From sequence record MK799832.1: DNA of 64,000 nucleotides; one strand, given 5' to 3'. A program made the translations under genes and the position numbers. The number at the start of each line of letters is the position of its first letter. Position 1 is the stretch's first letter. Below are positions 1 through 9,716 of this stretch, in pieces. Below the pieces are notes generated by a model. The model was not told the DNA's origin, searched no databases, and worked only from the letters and a program-made list of their open reading frames with translations.

Positions 1-269
1 GACAGTGCAACAGAAGCACCAACCTTACCAGAGAACTCAGTCTCGGCTTCTTCACCGTCAAGGGAAACGATGGAAGGACCGCCTTGGACATACCAAGCAG
101 CATCTTCGCCCAGAGCACCTTCGTAGCCGACGTGCAGATCAGTTACTGCACCAGTGTAGTCATCACCGACCCAACCAGCGTTGGTCTCGACATTAACATA
201 AGGACCTGCAACAGCAGCGCCAGCGGACATAGACAGAGCAGCAGCAGCTGCGAATACAGATTTGAACAT
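1..269 (-). CDS. Cyanophage/cyanobacterial outer-membrane (porin-like beta-barrel) protein, 5' part; runs off the window
   Basis: Missing from the ORF track (no stop in window). Reverse strand from CAT at 267-269 reads MFKSVFAAAAALSMSAGAAVAGPYVNVETNAGWVGDDYTGAVTDLHVGYEG..., a signal peptide followed by alternating beta-strand pattern. Confidence 0.7.
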   Translation of the reverse strand, partial: MFKSVFAAAAALSMSAGAAVAGPYVNVETNAGWVGDDYTGAVTDLHVGYEGALGEDAAWYVQGGPSIVSLDGEEAETEFSGKVGASVAL

Positions 270-412
270 TAGTTTTACCTCGTTTTTACTTGTGGAATGG
301 TTACCCACAGATGGAAAGGGAATCGACACTCCCTGTTTTATTACCAATTGTAACTTTAATTACTGAAAGACAAAAGGTGAAGTATTTATAGTAACAGACA
401 ACTGTAACTTTG

Positions 413-1228
413 TCAACCCTCTTGTGGGGGTTGTACGTTAGATGGATCGGATACCCGACCCAGATATGGATTGAAGTCCATTAACTCAGAGATTTCCATC
501 TGAGCTCCAGTCTGTGACCAGAAGTTAAATTGAGCTTGATAGTTGCTCTTGTGGAATACCTCCACATGGTCCTGGTGAATACTGGAACCTAGATCGGTCT
601 TGTATAACAAAAGGGGAATGGCGTAAGTGTTACCAGAATTGTAGATGAGATCATCTGCAACAGGTCTTGGTCTTACGTCATTGTCAAGTTTGTACTTGTC
701 ACCACGACAGTGAAGACGAATCAGTTTCTCTGCGTGATGACGAGTGATGATATAACAAGCTGTAGAGAATTCATTCACGAAACGTTTATGAATCTTGATG
801 TTGATATCACCAGTACAGATGATTGAGATCTGAGTTACATCCCAATCATATGGAATCTTACTAAAGAAATCCCTCCATGTAAAGTTCCAGAACCTGACCA
901 GATCAAGTTCACAATCATCTTCCATCATGATTGCGTATGGTTCACCACTATCATAGAACTCTTTGATAGCCTTGAGGTGAGAGGTCACACAACCGATCTC
1001 ACCAGGTGAACACATGTCAGGGTACCTACCCTTCAGAATGTGTCCCAGATCGTCTTCTCGACCGTCGTAAGCGGACACGCGGGTATAGTTAGTGATCTCC
1101 CAGTACTTGAACTGGTCCTCCATGTACTTCCATCTCTCGGGTTGTCCATCGAGATTGATACAATAGATCTTTGGAAGACCTTGAAGTTTGAATACGGCTT
1201 TGTTTCTATCCATTACAGTATTTCCCAA
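413..1228 (-). CDS. Glycosyltransferase family 25 (LPS biosynthesis type)
   Basis: IYCINLD...ERW, SAYDG, GEIGCVTSH, MEDD motifs. Confidence 0.85.
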   Translation of the reverse strand: MGNTVMDRNKAVFKLQGLPKIYCINLDGQPERWKYMEDQFKYWEITNYTRVSAYDGREDDLGHILKGRYPDMCSPGEIGCVTSHLKAIKEFYDSGEPYAIMMEDDCELDLVRFWNFTWRDFFSKIPYDWDVTQISIICTGDINIKIHKRFVNEFSTACYIITRHHAEKLIRLHCRGDKYKLDNDVRPRPVADDLIYNSGNTYAIPLLLYKTDLGSSIHQDHVEVFHKSNYQAQFNFWSQTGAQMEISELMDFNPYLGRVSDPSNVQPPQEG

Positions 1229-2007
1229 TGGTCAGGGTACAAATCTTTAGTGTCTAAGTGAGCATTGTTTGGTCCAAACCATTTGGAAGGAGCAATGACT
1301 CTACCACAGTTTGCCAACCATGCACCCCACCATGAGAATGTAGAGTTGGCAATGATAAAGTCACTACACTGTGTCATCAGGTACAGATCATGATAGGAAC
1401 TGTTACCCTCAGACAGAAGGAATCTATCTGGTTTGAATAGTTCTTGAGAAGCAGCCCAGAATGGATCGTCAGTGAATAGAATTACTTCCCTGTCTGGGTC
1501 AAACTTACTCAAGGCTTTCTCGTACCATTCAAGAGAAAGGTTGTGGTGATTACCACTGTTGATCAGAAAGTCTCCCCTACGAATATGTAAAGCAATGGGA
1601 CTTTGATCGAACACCTCATCAACGATAGGTTCAGACTCTCCTTGAATCGTAGAGTTGAACTTAAAATCCTGACGGATAGTATCTTCAATATGTTTGAAGT
1701 ATTTCTCCGTCTGAAAGAAACCGAACAGACTTACATTGTCTGGACATGTTTCAAATAGATCCTCGTTGAAATGGAACCCGTTCTCCTGAACGACCGACCC
1801 ACCTATCATACCACGTTGACAGTGGATCGTAAAGGGGTCGTCCAGTTCGATCTTGAGGTAGTTACCAATTCCATCATGAAAGACTTCATCATGGTCGGGG
1901 ATACACATATCGTATCCACGATTTGCGGCGATACCTTTTGTCGCAGCATACTGGAACATCTGGTTTCCTAGTTGTCCAGCCTTACCAAGATAATCAAATC
2001 CAATCAT
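1213..2007 (-). CDS. Glycosyltransferase family 11 (alpha-1,2-fucosyltransferase-like)
   Basis: GQLGNQMFQYA, GFFQTEKYF, LHIRRGDF, FTDD, IIANSTFSWWGAWL. Confidence 0.9.
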   Translation of the reverse strand: MIGFDYLGKAGQLGNQMFQYAATKGIAANRGYDMCIPDHDEVFHDGIGNYLKIELDDPFTIHCQRGMIGGSVVQENGFHFNEDLFETCPDNVSLFGFFQTEKYFKHIEDTIRQDFKFNSTIQGESEPIVDEVFDQSPIALHIRRGDFLINSGNHHNLSLEWYEKALSKFDPDREVILFTDDPFWAASQELFKPDRFLLSEGNSSYHDLYLMTQCSDFIIANSTFSWWGAWLANCGRVIAPSKWFGPNNAHLDTKDLYPDHWEIL

Positions 2008-2842
2008 TTTTCATATCGTTGAACACTTTTGCAATACCATCCTGAAGGTTGGTCTTTGGTAACCACCAACCCATAATATAATTATTGGCTTCGTTTCTCT
2101 TGTCAAGTTGAACACTATCCTTGGCAAGACCAGGATGAATCTTGATGGGTCTACCAATCAGATTAAATTGGCCCATGATGATCTGTGCAACTTCCTTAAT
2201 ACTGGAAGAGTTGAATGATGTGATGTGAAGAGGATCTTCTGGTTTGAAGTCAGTGTAGTTATCCATCACCGTTTCAAGTGCTTCACAACAGTCTTCAGCA
2301 TACAGGAACTGACGCTCTTCTGTGCCATCAGTCATCATATCAAAGTCACCATATTCAAATCCCTTACGGATAAAGTCTGTAATGACGTGTGACTTGTCAT
2401 GGTCTTTCTCGATACCATAGACATTCCAGAACTTCACAATCAGACCATTGAGTGACTTAGTATACAACTCACCAAGTTTCTTTGCTGCACCGTAAGGTGA
2501 GTAAGACATGTTACTCATCTGTGACGAAGCGAACACGAATCTCTTATTATACTTCTCAAGAAGACCAAATACATTGACCATCATCCTTGCATTATTGTCA
2601 AGGAATTTGAATGTATGTTGATACTTCTTCAGGTATCTTGACCCACCAACATCAAACGCGAGAAAGAAAACAAAGTCTGCTTTCTGAACCTCACGTTCGA
2701 GATTATGATTTGGAATTTGTGTCAGGTCATGGCCATGATGTTTGGCAATATCAAACTCAATAACTTCATGACCCTTACGTGTCAAGTAGTCAGTCAGGTA
2801 TGCACCGATCTGACCACTCGAACCAAGGTTTAATACTCTCAT
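1994..2842 (-). CDS. NAD-dependent epimerase/dehydratase (extended SDR)
   Basis: GSSGQIG Rossmann motif, YGAAK catalytic YxxxK, NVYG. Confidence 0.85.
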   Translation of the reverse strand: MRVLNLGSSGQIGAYLTDYLTRKGHEVIEFDIAKHHGHDLTQIPNHNLEREVQKADFVFFLAFDVGGSRYLKKYQHTFKFLDNNARMMVNVFGLLEKYNKRFVFASSQMSNMSYSPYGAAKKLGELYTKSLNGLIVKFWNVYGIEKDHDKSHVITDFIRKGFEYGDFDMMTDGTEERQFLYAEDCCEALETVMDNYTDFKPEDPLHITSFNSSSIKEVAQIIMGQFNLIGRPIKIHPGLAKDSVQLDKRNEANNYIMGWWLPKTNLQDGIAKVFNDMKNDWI

Positions 2843-3489
2843 ACACCCTCTTTAAATTTCTTCCAATCGTTATCAAATATCTCCAGTCCCTTATCAGTCA
2901 GTACATGATCGTACATCTGGTCGAAGACCTTAGGTGGCATCGTTACCACTTCAGCACCATTATACCATGAACGGATAGCACGTTGTACACTACGAATAGA
3001 AGCAGACAACACCTGTGTACGAATACCATGGATACGATACAGTTCACTGATTGATCTGACGACTTCCAGACCTGCTACTGATTGATCATCCAATCGACCA
3101 ACGAAAGGTGAAACATATGCAGCACCAGCCTTGGCAGCAAGAACAGCCTGAGATGCACAGAAGATCAATGTGACATTGACACGAATTCCATTCTTAGATA
3201 GTTCCTTACAAGCAAGAAGACCATCACGGGTACAAGGTACTTTGATTGTTGCCACTGACCCAAACTTCTCAGACAGTCTTTCACCCTCTCTGAGCATCTC
3301 CTGTGCGTCTCCCATGACCTCCATACTGATGTCTTTGACACCAAGATCTTTCAGTTTCTGGTAAACCTCATCAGGATCCTGACCATTCTTCATGATCAGT
3401 GTGGGGTTAGTTGTGACTCCATCAATCAGTCCAGTCTCGAAATACTTCTCAATTGTGTCTGTATCAGCAGTGTCAAGAAAAATTCTCAT
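2839..3489 (-). CDS. talC: Transaldolase (TalC/Fsa family), auxiliary metabolic gene
   Basis: IFLDTAD, GVTTNPTL, IKVP Schiff-base Lys, VNVTLIF, YVSPFVGRLDD, ASIRS. Confidence 0.95.
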   Translation of the reverse strand: MRIFLDTADTDTIEKYFETGLIDGVTTNPTLIMKNGQDPDEVYQKLKDLGVKDISMEVMGDAQEMLREGERLSEKFGSVATIKVPCTRDGLLACKELSKNGIRVNVTLIFCASQAVLAAKAGAAYVSPFVGRLDDQSVAGLEVVRSISELYRIHGIRTQVLSASIRSVQRAIRSWYNGAEVVTMPPKVFDQMYDHVLTDKGLEIFDNDWKKFKEGV

Positions 3490-4291
3490 AGTATTTTTTT
3501 AGATATGTTTGTGTTGAATAGTACTCCATTAATTGTTCTTTGTTCATCCTTTGAATCTTCTCCCACTCTGACATGTTAGATGCCATGTGAGGATTGGTGA
3601 ACCAAGAGTTTGCACCACGTGCATGTTCAAGGTGATAAATGTAATCAGGTATCCTTCCTACTTTATAACCAAGTGTAGTGTATCTATAATACCTTTCTTT
3701 GTCCTCTGGAGCATAGGCCTTGAAGTTCTCATTCTCCATACCACCTTTGATGTAATCGGACCTTCTAAAGAACTGAACCCAACCAAAGTCAGAGTCATGA
3801 ATCTTAGAGTTCGATTTCAAGATAGCATAGTCACATGATTCTAGGAAGTCTGAGACAACATTATCACTTGCCTTCACTTGATACTGGAACATTCCCTGTC
3901 CATATGGATAAACCACATCGTAAATACCATCCATGATACCTCGATATGCCATCACATATGAATTGATAGGAAGGATTGCATCACAGTCATAGTTGACCAC
4001 AATCTCAGTATCAGCTTCCATAATCATTTCATTCAGAACCTTCTGTCTATGAAACAGTGGTTCATCACTCTGCTCAAAGATGTGTTTGACTTTTACATCA
4101 ACATCTAGAATCTCTTTTAAAATAGGAAGGGCATCCCTTTCAAAGACAGACTCTGAATCAACTTCCTTAATGATGATGTTGGTATCAAAGTTCTCTAAAA
4201 GAAATGCCGTAGTTGTAATTACATTCCTCAACCTATCAGGTGATTCGATTCTGATAGGAATAATAAATGTCGCTTGACTGAGGTCTATCAT
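3473..4291 (-). CDS. GT-A glycosyltransferase (GT2/GT7 galactosyltransferase-like)
   Basis: FIIPIR, DCD (DxD) motif, GMENENFKAYAPED resembling the GT7 C-terminal motif. Confidence 0.75.
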   Translation of the reverse strand: MIDLSQATFIIPIRIESPDRLRNVITTTAFLLENFDTNIIIKEVDSESVFERDALPILKEILDVDVKVKHIFEQSDEPLFHRQKVLNEMIMEADTEIVVNYDCDAILPINSYVMAYRGIMDGIYDVVYPYGQGMFQYQVKASDNVVSDFLESCDYAILKSNSKIHDSDFGWVQFFRRSDYIKGGMENENFKAYAPEDKERYYRYTTLGYKVGRIPDYIYHLEHARGANSWFTNPHMASNMSEWEKIQRMNKEQLMEYYSTQTYLKKYYENFS

Positions 4292-5184
4292 AGTTGGGTT
4301 TTAATCCAGTCCAGAATATTTACTTTGGGTTTCCATGTGAGTTCTGTTTTTGCTTTACGAATGTCTGCAAGTGTTTCTCTCATCTCACCAGGTCTACCAG
4401 ATAGGAAGACTTGGTTATCATCAATGGCATTTGCAATCTCTTTGATACTCCAGTTCTCACCATATCCAATATTATACACCTCACCCCAGTTGTCAAGTTC
4501 CTGGAAACTAATCAATGCATTAGCATCCACTACATCAGACACATGAATGAAGTCACGACGTTGTAGACCATCACCATAGATTGTCAGAGGAAATCCTTCT
4601 CTCTTCATCTTCAAAAACTTACTAACTGCTGGTGCATATGTTCCAACGTGACGTGCTCTTTCACCATACACATTGGTATAACGGAATGCAACAGTCTTCA
4701 TACCATACAGACCATAGTAAGCCTTGACCATCTGTTCACCAGATAGTTTACCAATAGCATATGCATTAAGAGGGTCTTCTCTCATTACCTCACTGTTTGG
4801 AAGAGGATTTTTATTACCATATGCAGCAGACGTTGAAGAGTAGATAAACTTCTCAACACCATGTTTACGTGCGGCTTCAAGAACATTGATTGTTCCCATG
4901 ACCTGTGTCTCGATCGTAGGGATAGGATTATCTACAGATGCTTGTACACTAGCCTTTGCTGCAAGGTGGTACACATAATCTACATTCTTAAATACCTTTT
5001 CAATTGTTGAATAGTGTCTGATATCTTGATGATAGTTTCTTGCATCTTTATTCCAATAGTAATCATCATGACCATCAGATGATTCATTATCAATCACGAT
5101 AACTTCGTGACCCATCTCAAGAAGTTTGTTGACAAGATGGCTTCCAATAAAACCAGCTCCACCAGTAACAAGTGACGTTCTCAT
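4288..5184 (-). CDS. NAD-dependent sugar epimerase (UDP-glucose 4-epimerase-like)
   Basis: LVTGGAGFIGSHL, SSTSAAYG, YAIGK, RYTNVYG, RDFIHVSDVV. Confidence 0.9.
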   Translation of the reverse strand: MRTSLVTGGAGFIGSHLVNKLLEMGHEVIVIDNESSDGHDDYYWNKDARNYHQDIRHYSTIEKVFKNVDYVYHLAAKASVQASVDNPIPTIETQVMGTINVLEAARKHGVEKFIYSSTSAAYGNKNPLPNSEVMREDPLNAYAIGKLSGEQMVKAYYGLYGMKTVAFRYTNVYGERARHVGTYAPAVSKFLKMKREGFPLTIYGDGLQRRDFIHVSDVVDANALISFQELDNWGEVYNIGYGENWSIKEIANAIDDNQVFLSGRPGEMRETLADIRKAKTELTWKPKVNILDWIKTQL

Positions 5185-5960
5185 AGTTTCTCAAAAATCC
5201 TATTCTTAAATGACTCTTCTACGTTCGATGGTTCTGGAATAATAACCTTGGGTTTACAGTCACCCAACCACCATGCAACCTCAGCAAATGTTGAAGCATA
5301 CGTTCCAACAATTGTATCACACCTAGACAGTAACATCAAGTCAATGAATGCATCAACACTAGCTTGTGTAGAAGTATTATGTCCTGACTCCGCCTTGTGA
5401 GGATGATTATATCTATCTTGTGAGTGAGTGATGATTCTATCACCATACTTGGTCTCAAAGTGTTTCAAGACATCATCGTTATCACCACACAAAAAGATTT
5501 TCTTATCTTTATCTAAACTATCAATAACATTCTCAAATAGTTCATTACTATGATACTTGCGGCGATCACAATACCAGGACCTGATGTGAAGACCAATGAC
5601 TCCATCCCAGTCTTTTGTAAAGTCATCAACGTATTCTAGAATATCTTTATTAATTTTAAGATACTTGAATGCCTTCTTGTATTCTTCAACAAAATGTTCT
5701 GGAGTCTTGTCATACAGAAGGTCAATGTGTTTGTATTCAGTTTTATATTTGTCTTCACCTGGAACAGTTGCAAGTCTCCAGTTGTCGTAACATGGAAACG
5801 TATTTAATTCCTCATCAGTTGCGACTCTGATGTCATCAAAGATATACGCATCTGCATCTTTAGTGGTCAATGCTTGTTTGAAAGTCCTTAGAATAGACAC
5901 ATAGTTCTTAATTCTATTTGCAAGACCAGGTGAACCATTATGAATTGCAACTTCAATCAT
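5181..5960 (-). CDS. GT-B fucosyltransferase-like protein (NodZ/FUT-type motifs)
   Basis: GLANRI, GLHIRSW, IFLCGDN, DLMLLSRCDTIVGTYASTF. Confidence 0.65.
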   Translation of the reverse strand: MIEVAIHNGSPGLANRIKNYVSILRTFKQALTTKDADAYIFDDIRVATDEELNTFPCYDNWRLATVPGEDKYKTEYKHIDLLYDKTPEHFVEEYKKAFKYLKINKDILEYVDDFTKDWDGVIGLHIRSWYCDRRKYHSNELFENVIDSLDKDKKIFLCGDNDDVLKHFETKYGDRIITHSQDRYNHPHKAESGHNTSTQASVDAFIDLMLLSRCDTIVGTYASTFAEVAWWLGDCKPKVIIPEPSNVEESFKNRIFEKL

Positions 5961-6763
5961 GACTTAATAACCTCCCAGGACTCGGGTAACAGATCCTGTG
6001 TACTGATATGCTGTAAACCACTACCATACCATACATCAGGACAAATGACACGTTTGTCTGGGTTCTGAGATAGGTATGCACCCCACCAAGAAAATGTAGA
6101 GTTGGAGATGATGTGATCACTACACTTAGACAACAGACACAGATCAAAGTGTGATTTATCTACACTAACTGTGATGTCATTGAAGTAGAAGTTATCACCC
6201 TTGAATACTTCTTGTTCCTCACACAACTTCAGATTGTTTGAACAGATAATATATGGTCTGTCTTTACCTAGGATATCAATTGCTCTCTCCCAATATTCCC
6301 ATGGAAGATTACGATGATTGTTTGATGCCCCAGGATAATCAAAGTGATTGTTGTATTCTCTCACACAAATAGATACAGGACTCTCACTCAAGATGTCTCC
6401 CCAGTTGTAGTCAACAGCTGAGATTACTTCTTCCTTGAATCTAAAGTCCCACTTCAGTTGTCTCCATGCATCCTTGAAATATTTGTCACTCTGAAAGTAA
6501 CCATTCAGGTGAGTGTGATTAGGACAATGATCATACAGTTCCTGACAGAATTCATGAGAGTCATGGAGTTCTACCTCATCACCATCGATAAGTCCAAACC
6601 TACCACCACAGTGGAGCATCTCAAAACAATTACTAAGTTCAGTTCCTTCAGGAATGACAAAATCATATCCACGATTCTTTGCAATACCAACCAGTGCAGC
6701 GTACTGGAACATCTGATTACCAATCCGTCCGTTCCGTCCCAGATTGTTCATACCGATGGTCAT
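5957..6763 (-). CDS. Glycosyltransferase family 11, second copy
   Basis: GRIGNQMFQYA, GYFQSDKYF, DLCLLSKC, IISNSTFSWWGAYL. Confidence 0.85.
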   Translation of the reverse strand: MTIGMNNLGRNGRIGNQMFQYAALVGIAKNRGYDFVIPEGTELSNCFEMLHCGGRFGLIDGDEVELHDSHEFCQELYDHCPNHTHLNGYFQSDKYFKDAWRQLKWDFRFKEEVISAVDYNWGDILSESPVSICVREYNNHFDYPGASNNHRNLPWEYWERAIDILGKDRPYIICSNNLKLCEEQEVFKGDNFYFNDITVSVDKSHFDLCLLSKCSDHIISNSTFSWWGAYLSQNPDKRVICPDVWYGSGLQHISTQDLLPESWEVIKS

Positions 6764-7587
6764 AATTTGATCTCCTTATTTTGTTCTGCCAGTGTTGTAT
6801 CAGTTATATCACCTACGTCAAGTGAATAGAAGGTGTGCCAACCTCTTGCGTTAGCTGCGTACCAGTTATTTAAAGCACCCCTAGTCATCTTGATCTTCTC
6901 CCAGAACTCACGGGATTGGATCTGATAGTGGTTGTTTAGGATCTCGGGATCATCTGGTCTCCCAACAAATGACAGATTAATTGTGGGTCCACCCGTAAAG
7001 ATTTTGTGAATATTGAAGTTGGTAACACCGAACTTTGTATTTGCAATCTGTTTAGGTGCCCAGAGGTTGAACCACTCAGGTTCTTCTTGACCACTGGATG
7101 CACTTCTAGATCGGTGAGTCATCCATACCCTATCCCCGAACTCAGCACGAGATGTAAAATTCTGAACGAGACCACCAGCAGGATGGTAAAGATGGTCGTT
7201 ACTATTAAACCATACCCAGTTGGTTTCGACGGTCCCATAGTCCTCGTACTTTCGTAAGATTTCCTTTAGATCTACTGTCTTTGGACTATATAGAAATTCA
7301 TCTAGATCGATCTGAGCAATCCATTGAGTTTCATTACAGATGGGTAGAAAGAATTTATTGTTTACATCAGTCTGCCTACCAGTGTATCTCTCTGTGATGT
7401 CATTTTGGAAGAGAGTAACAAAGCCTTCACGAATGAAAGGTTCAAGAATAGGCATGTACTCGTCATCACTGAAGTCGTTGACCAGATAGATGTGATCAAC
7501 ACCATGATGCTTATAATGTAGAATCCACTCTTTAAGATTCCAACTTTCATTTTTGAATACTGATGCGACTGATAGGTAGTGTTTCAT
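6760..7587 (-). CDS. GT-A glycosyltransferase (GT92/GT2_4-like)
   Basis: LSVASVFKNE, LKEWILHY, IYLVND, DLDEFL, NHYQIQS. Confidence 0.75.
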   Translation of the reverse strand: MKHYLSVASVFKNESWNLKEWILHYKHHGVDHIYLVNDFSDDEYMPILEPFIREGFVTLFQNDITERYTGRQTDVNNKFFLPICNETQWIAQIDLDEFLYSPKTVDLKEILRKYEDYGTVETNWVWFNSNDHLYHPAGGLVQNFTSRAEFGDRVWMTHRSRSASSGQEEPEWFNLWAPKQIANTKFGVTNFNIHKIFTGGPTINLSFVGRPDDPEILNNHYQIQSREFWEKIKMTRGALNNWYAANARGWHTFYSLDVGDITDTTLAEQNKEIKL

Positions 7588-8297
7588 AATGTGATACCGT
7601 GTTTCCTTCTACAATATTCAAATTCTTTCTGTACTTCTTCGTCACTGATTGTGGAGGATAGTGCATCCTTATTCACTCTTTGAGTCATCAGACAGTCATT
7701 GAGATAATAACAATCACCGTACTTAGTTCTCAATGAATAGTAGAAATCAATGTCCAGTAACATACATGTCTTAGGATCCCACCTTACATCCATGTCTTTG
7801 TTCTTGTAAGAGATAACCGCAACACCACTCATAGTATTGTTACCTCTTGCTCTCAGCATATTGTCATTCCATCTTGGCATTAGGAATGTATCAAATGTTC
7901 TACCATCATCTCTGGTGTGATTAGTTCCACAAACTAACCACATCTTATCAGAGTTCATCAATGCATTGTATGTTTTCTCCAATGCATCTTTGGTATAGAA
8001 GTAGTCATCCATGAACATCATCTTAACAACCTCACCCTTGGCAAGATCCATTCCGATGTTCATGTTGGTTGCAACATCACCTCTATGTTCTTCATCTCTG
8101 AAGTAGATGATATTGAGATCAAAGATATTGTCATTACAAAAATCTTCAATCTCTGTATCAACACTCTGGTCAGTAACAATAACTTCTACTTCTTTGAGTG
8201 TTTGTTGTGAGATGGTTCTAAACATATCAGAAAGATATCTGACACCCTTACCACCATACTCATAACAAGGGATGACTACAGATACCTTTATTTCCAT
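7584..8297 (-). CDS. Glycosyltransferase family 2
   Basis: VSVVIPCY, EVIVTDQS, FMDD, LLDIDFY. Confidence 0.8.
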   Translation of the reverse strand: MEIKVSVVIPCYEYGGKGVRYLSDMFRTISQQTLKEVEVIVTDQSVDTEIEDFCNDNIFDLNIIYFRDEEHRGDVATNMNIGMDLAKGEVVKMMFMDDYFYTKDALEKTYNALMNSDKMWLVCGTNHTRDDGRTFDTFLMPRWNDNMLRARGNNTMSGVAVISYKNKDMDVRWDPKTCMLLDIDFYYSLRTKYGDCYYLNDCLMTQRVNKDALSSTISDEEVQKEFEYCRRKHGITL

Positions 8298-8971
8298 ACC
8301 TTGACACCAGCACTGATACCATCTTCATAGATCTCAAACTTGTATCCGTGTTTGGTCAGCCACTCTCGGAAAGCCTTTCTCTCATGGTGATCATAGTCAG
8401 GTTCATGACCATGCCAGTCATCAAATCGAAAGTACAGTTGATCCCACTCACACTTATCAATGAACTTGAATGCTGAGACCGTTGGTTCGTAGATGTCCAG
8501 GTCAATATGAATTGCACCGACCTTACCAATACCAAAGTCAGATGGTTCTTTCTCTACCATCTCATGAACATCTTCAACAAAGATCTTGATGTTCGGTGAG
8601 ACAGAACACTTCCTCTTAACATCTTCTACAGTCTTAGGGATCCAGGTATATGAGGGATCACCAATACGGAATGCACCCTCTGCCCATCCAGCATACGATG
8701 GTGTGGGTTGCTGTGTGACCTCCAGACCTTTGAAGTGATCGAAACCAAAGACCTTACGGGATGGGTTCTTCTGTCCAATAGGGAGGATTGTACCACCACT
8801 ACAGACACCGAATTCTAGAATATCTCCTTCTCCACCCAACTCTTCAATACGTTCTGCAAAGGTAACGTGATTGAGTGTGTAAGCTGCTGTGTTGTTATCA
8901 GTTCTCTTTGGACCTTCAGGAAACACATTATCCTCCTCAACAAAGGAGGGTGCATTATAAACAAATGACAT
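8288..8971 (-). CDS. TylF/MycF-like SAM-dependent sugar O-methyltransferase
   Basis: ILEFGVCSG, FGFDHFKGL, IHIDLDIY, FDD; start placed at MSFVY (8971), not the longer track ORF. Confidence 0.75.
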   Translation of the reverse strand: MSFVYNAPSFVEEDNVFPEGPKRTDNNTAAYTLNHVTFAERIEELGGEGDILEFGVCSGGTILPIGQKNPSRKVFGFDHFKGLEVTQQPTPSYAGWAEGAFRIGDPSYTWIPKTVEDVKRKCSVSPNIKIFVEDVHEMVEKEPSDFGIGKVGAIHIDLDIYEPTVSAFKFIDKCEWDQLYFRFDDWHGHEPDYDHHERKAFREWLTKHGYKFEIYEDGISAGVKVWK

Positions 8972-8993
8972 AGTAATAATGAATTTGAAATAT

Positions 8994-9716
8994 TTATCGG
9001 GGGTTATAACCCTCCACCTCAATACCAGGGGGAAGATTATTATGAAAACCAAATGGAATTATACCACGATTCTCAGGAACAGGGGACTCGTATGAGAAGT
9101 GCTTTGCAATCTCAATAGGAGCAATTTTACACCCACACTTCTCATATAAGTGTTTGTTATGTACTGTGATGTTACCGTCTTCATTTGTATTGTTACTACC
9201 GAACATCTTGTAGAAGTCTGGTGCAACCTCTGCACACCTGAATGGAATCCATGTATGTGTTGGTACCTCTAATAGTTTCTTTGATCTGAAAGAGAATCCA
9301 CCATTACCTACCCTTTGATGTTCTCCAAACGGGGTGACGTACGCTCTTTCTCGTAGGGGCCAGGGAGCACCAATGTAATCATAATCAAAAAACTCATCCA
9401 TCCAAGCATCAGGATTAAGTATGAACGCGTGATCTTGGATGGTGAGAACATAATCAGTATCAATATGTTTATGAAGACGATATAGCATATAGTAACTATA
9501 ATCATCAATGTTGTTGATTGGTTTTGTAAGCTCCTCTACTAAAATACCATCAGAGGACAGTTCCTCCTTGTACTTAGTGACATACTCAGGGGTGGTGACT
9601 AGCTTGACATCCCCAAAGTTTGCAACACTTTTACAAGTGTGAAGTGCCTTGATGGTTTCTTCTATTCGATTTGTGTTATCAATCGCAAAGCATGTAACTC
9701 TGGATAGATCAAGCAT
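8994..9716 (-). CDS. GT-A-like protein (DUF5672-type)
   Basis: IQDH, DYDYIGAPW, VGNGGFSFRS, ED, FGFH. Confidence 0.7.
   Translation of the reverse strand: MLDLSRVTCFAIDNTNRIEETIKALHTCKSVANFGDVKLVTTPEYVTKYKEELSSDGILVEELTKPINNIDDYSYYMLYRLHKHIDTDYVLTIQDHAFILNPDAWMDEFFDYDYIGAPWPLRERAYVTPFGEHQRVGNGGFSFRSKKLLEVPTHTWIPFRCAEVAPDFYKMFGSNNTNEDGNITVHNKHLYEKCGCKIAPIEIAKHFSYESPVPENRGIIPFGFHNNLPPGIEVEGYNPR

Noticed and set aside
8971-9052. Hydrophobic N-terminal extension of the TylF-like methyltransferase in the ORF track
   Set aside because: It overlaps the 3' end of the upstream gene; the downstream ATG at 8971 gives normal gene packing.
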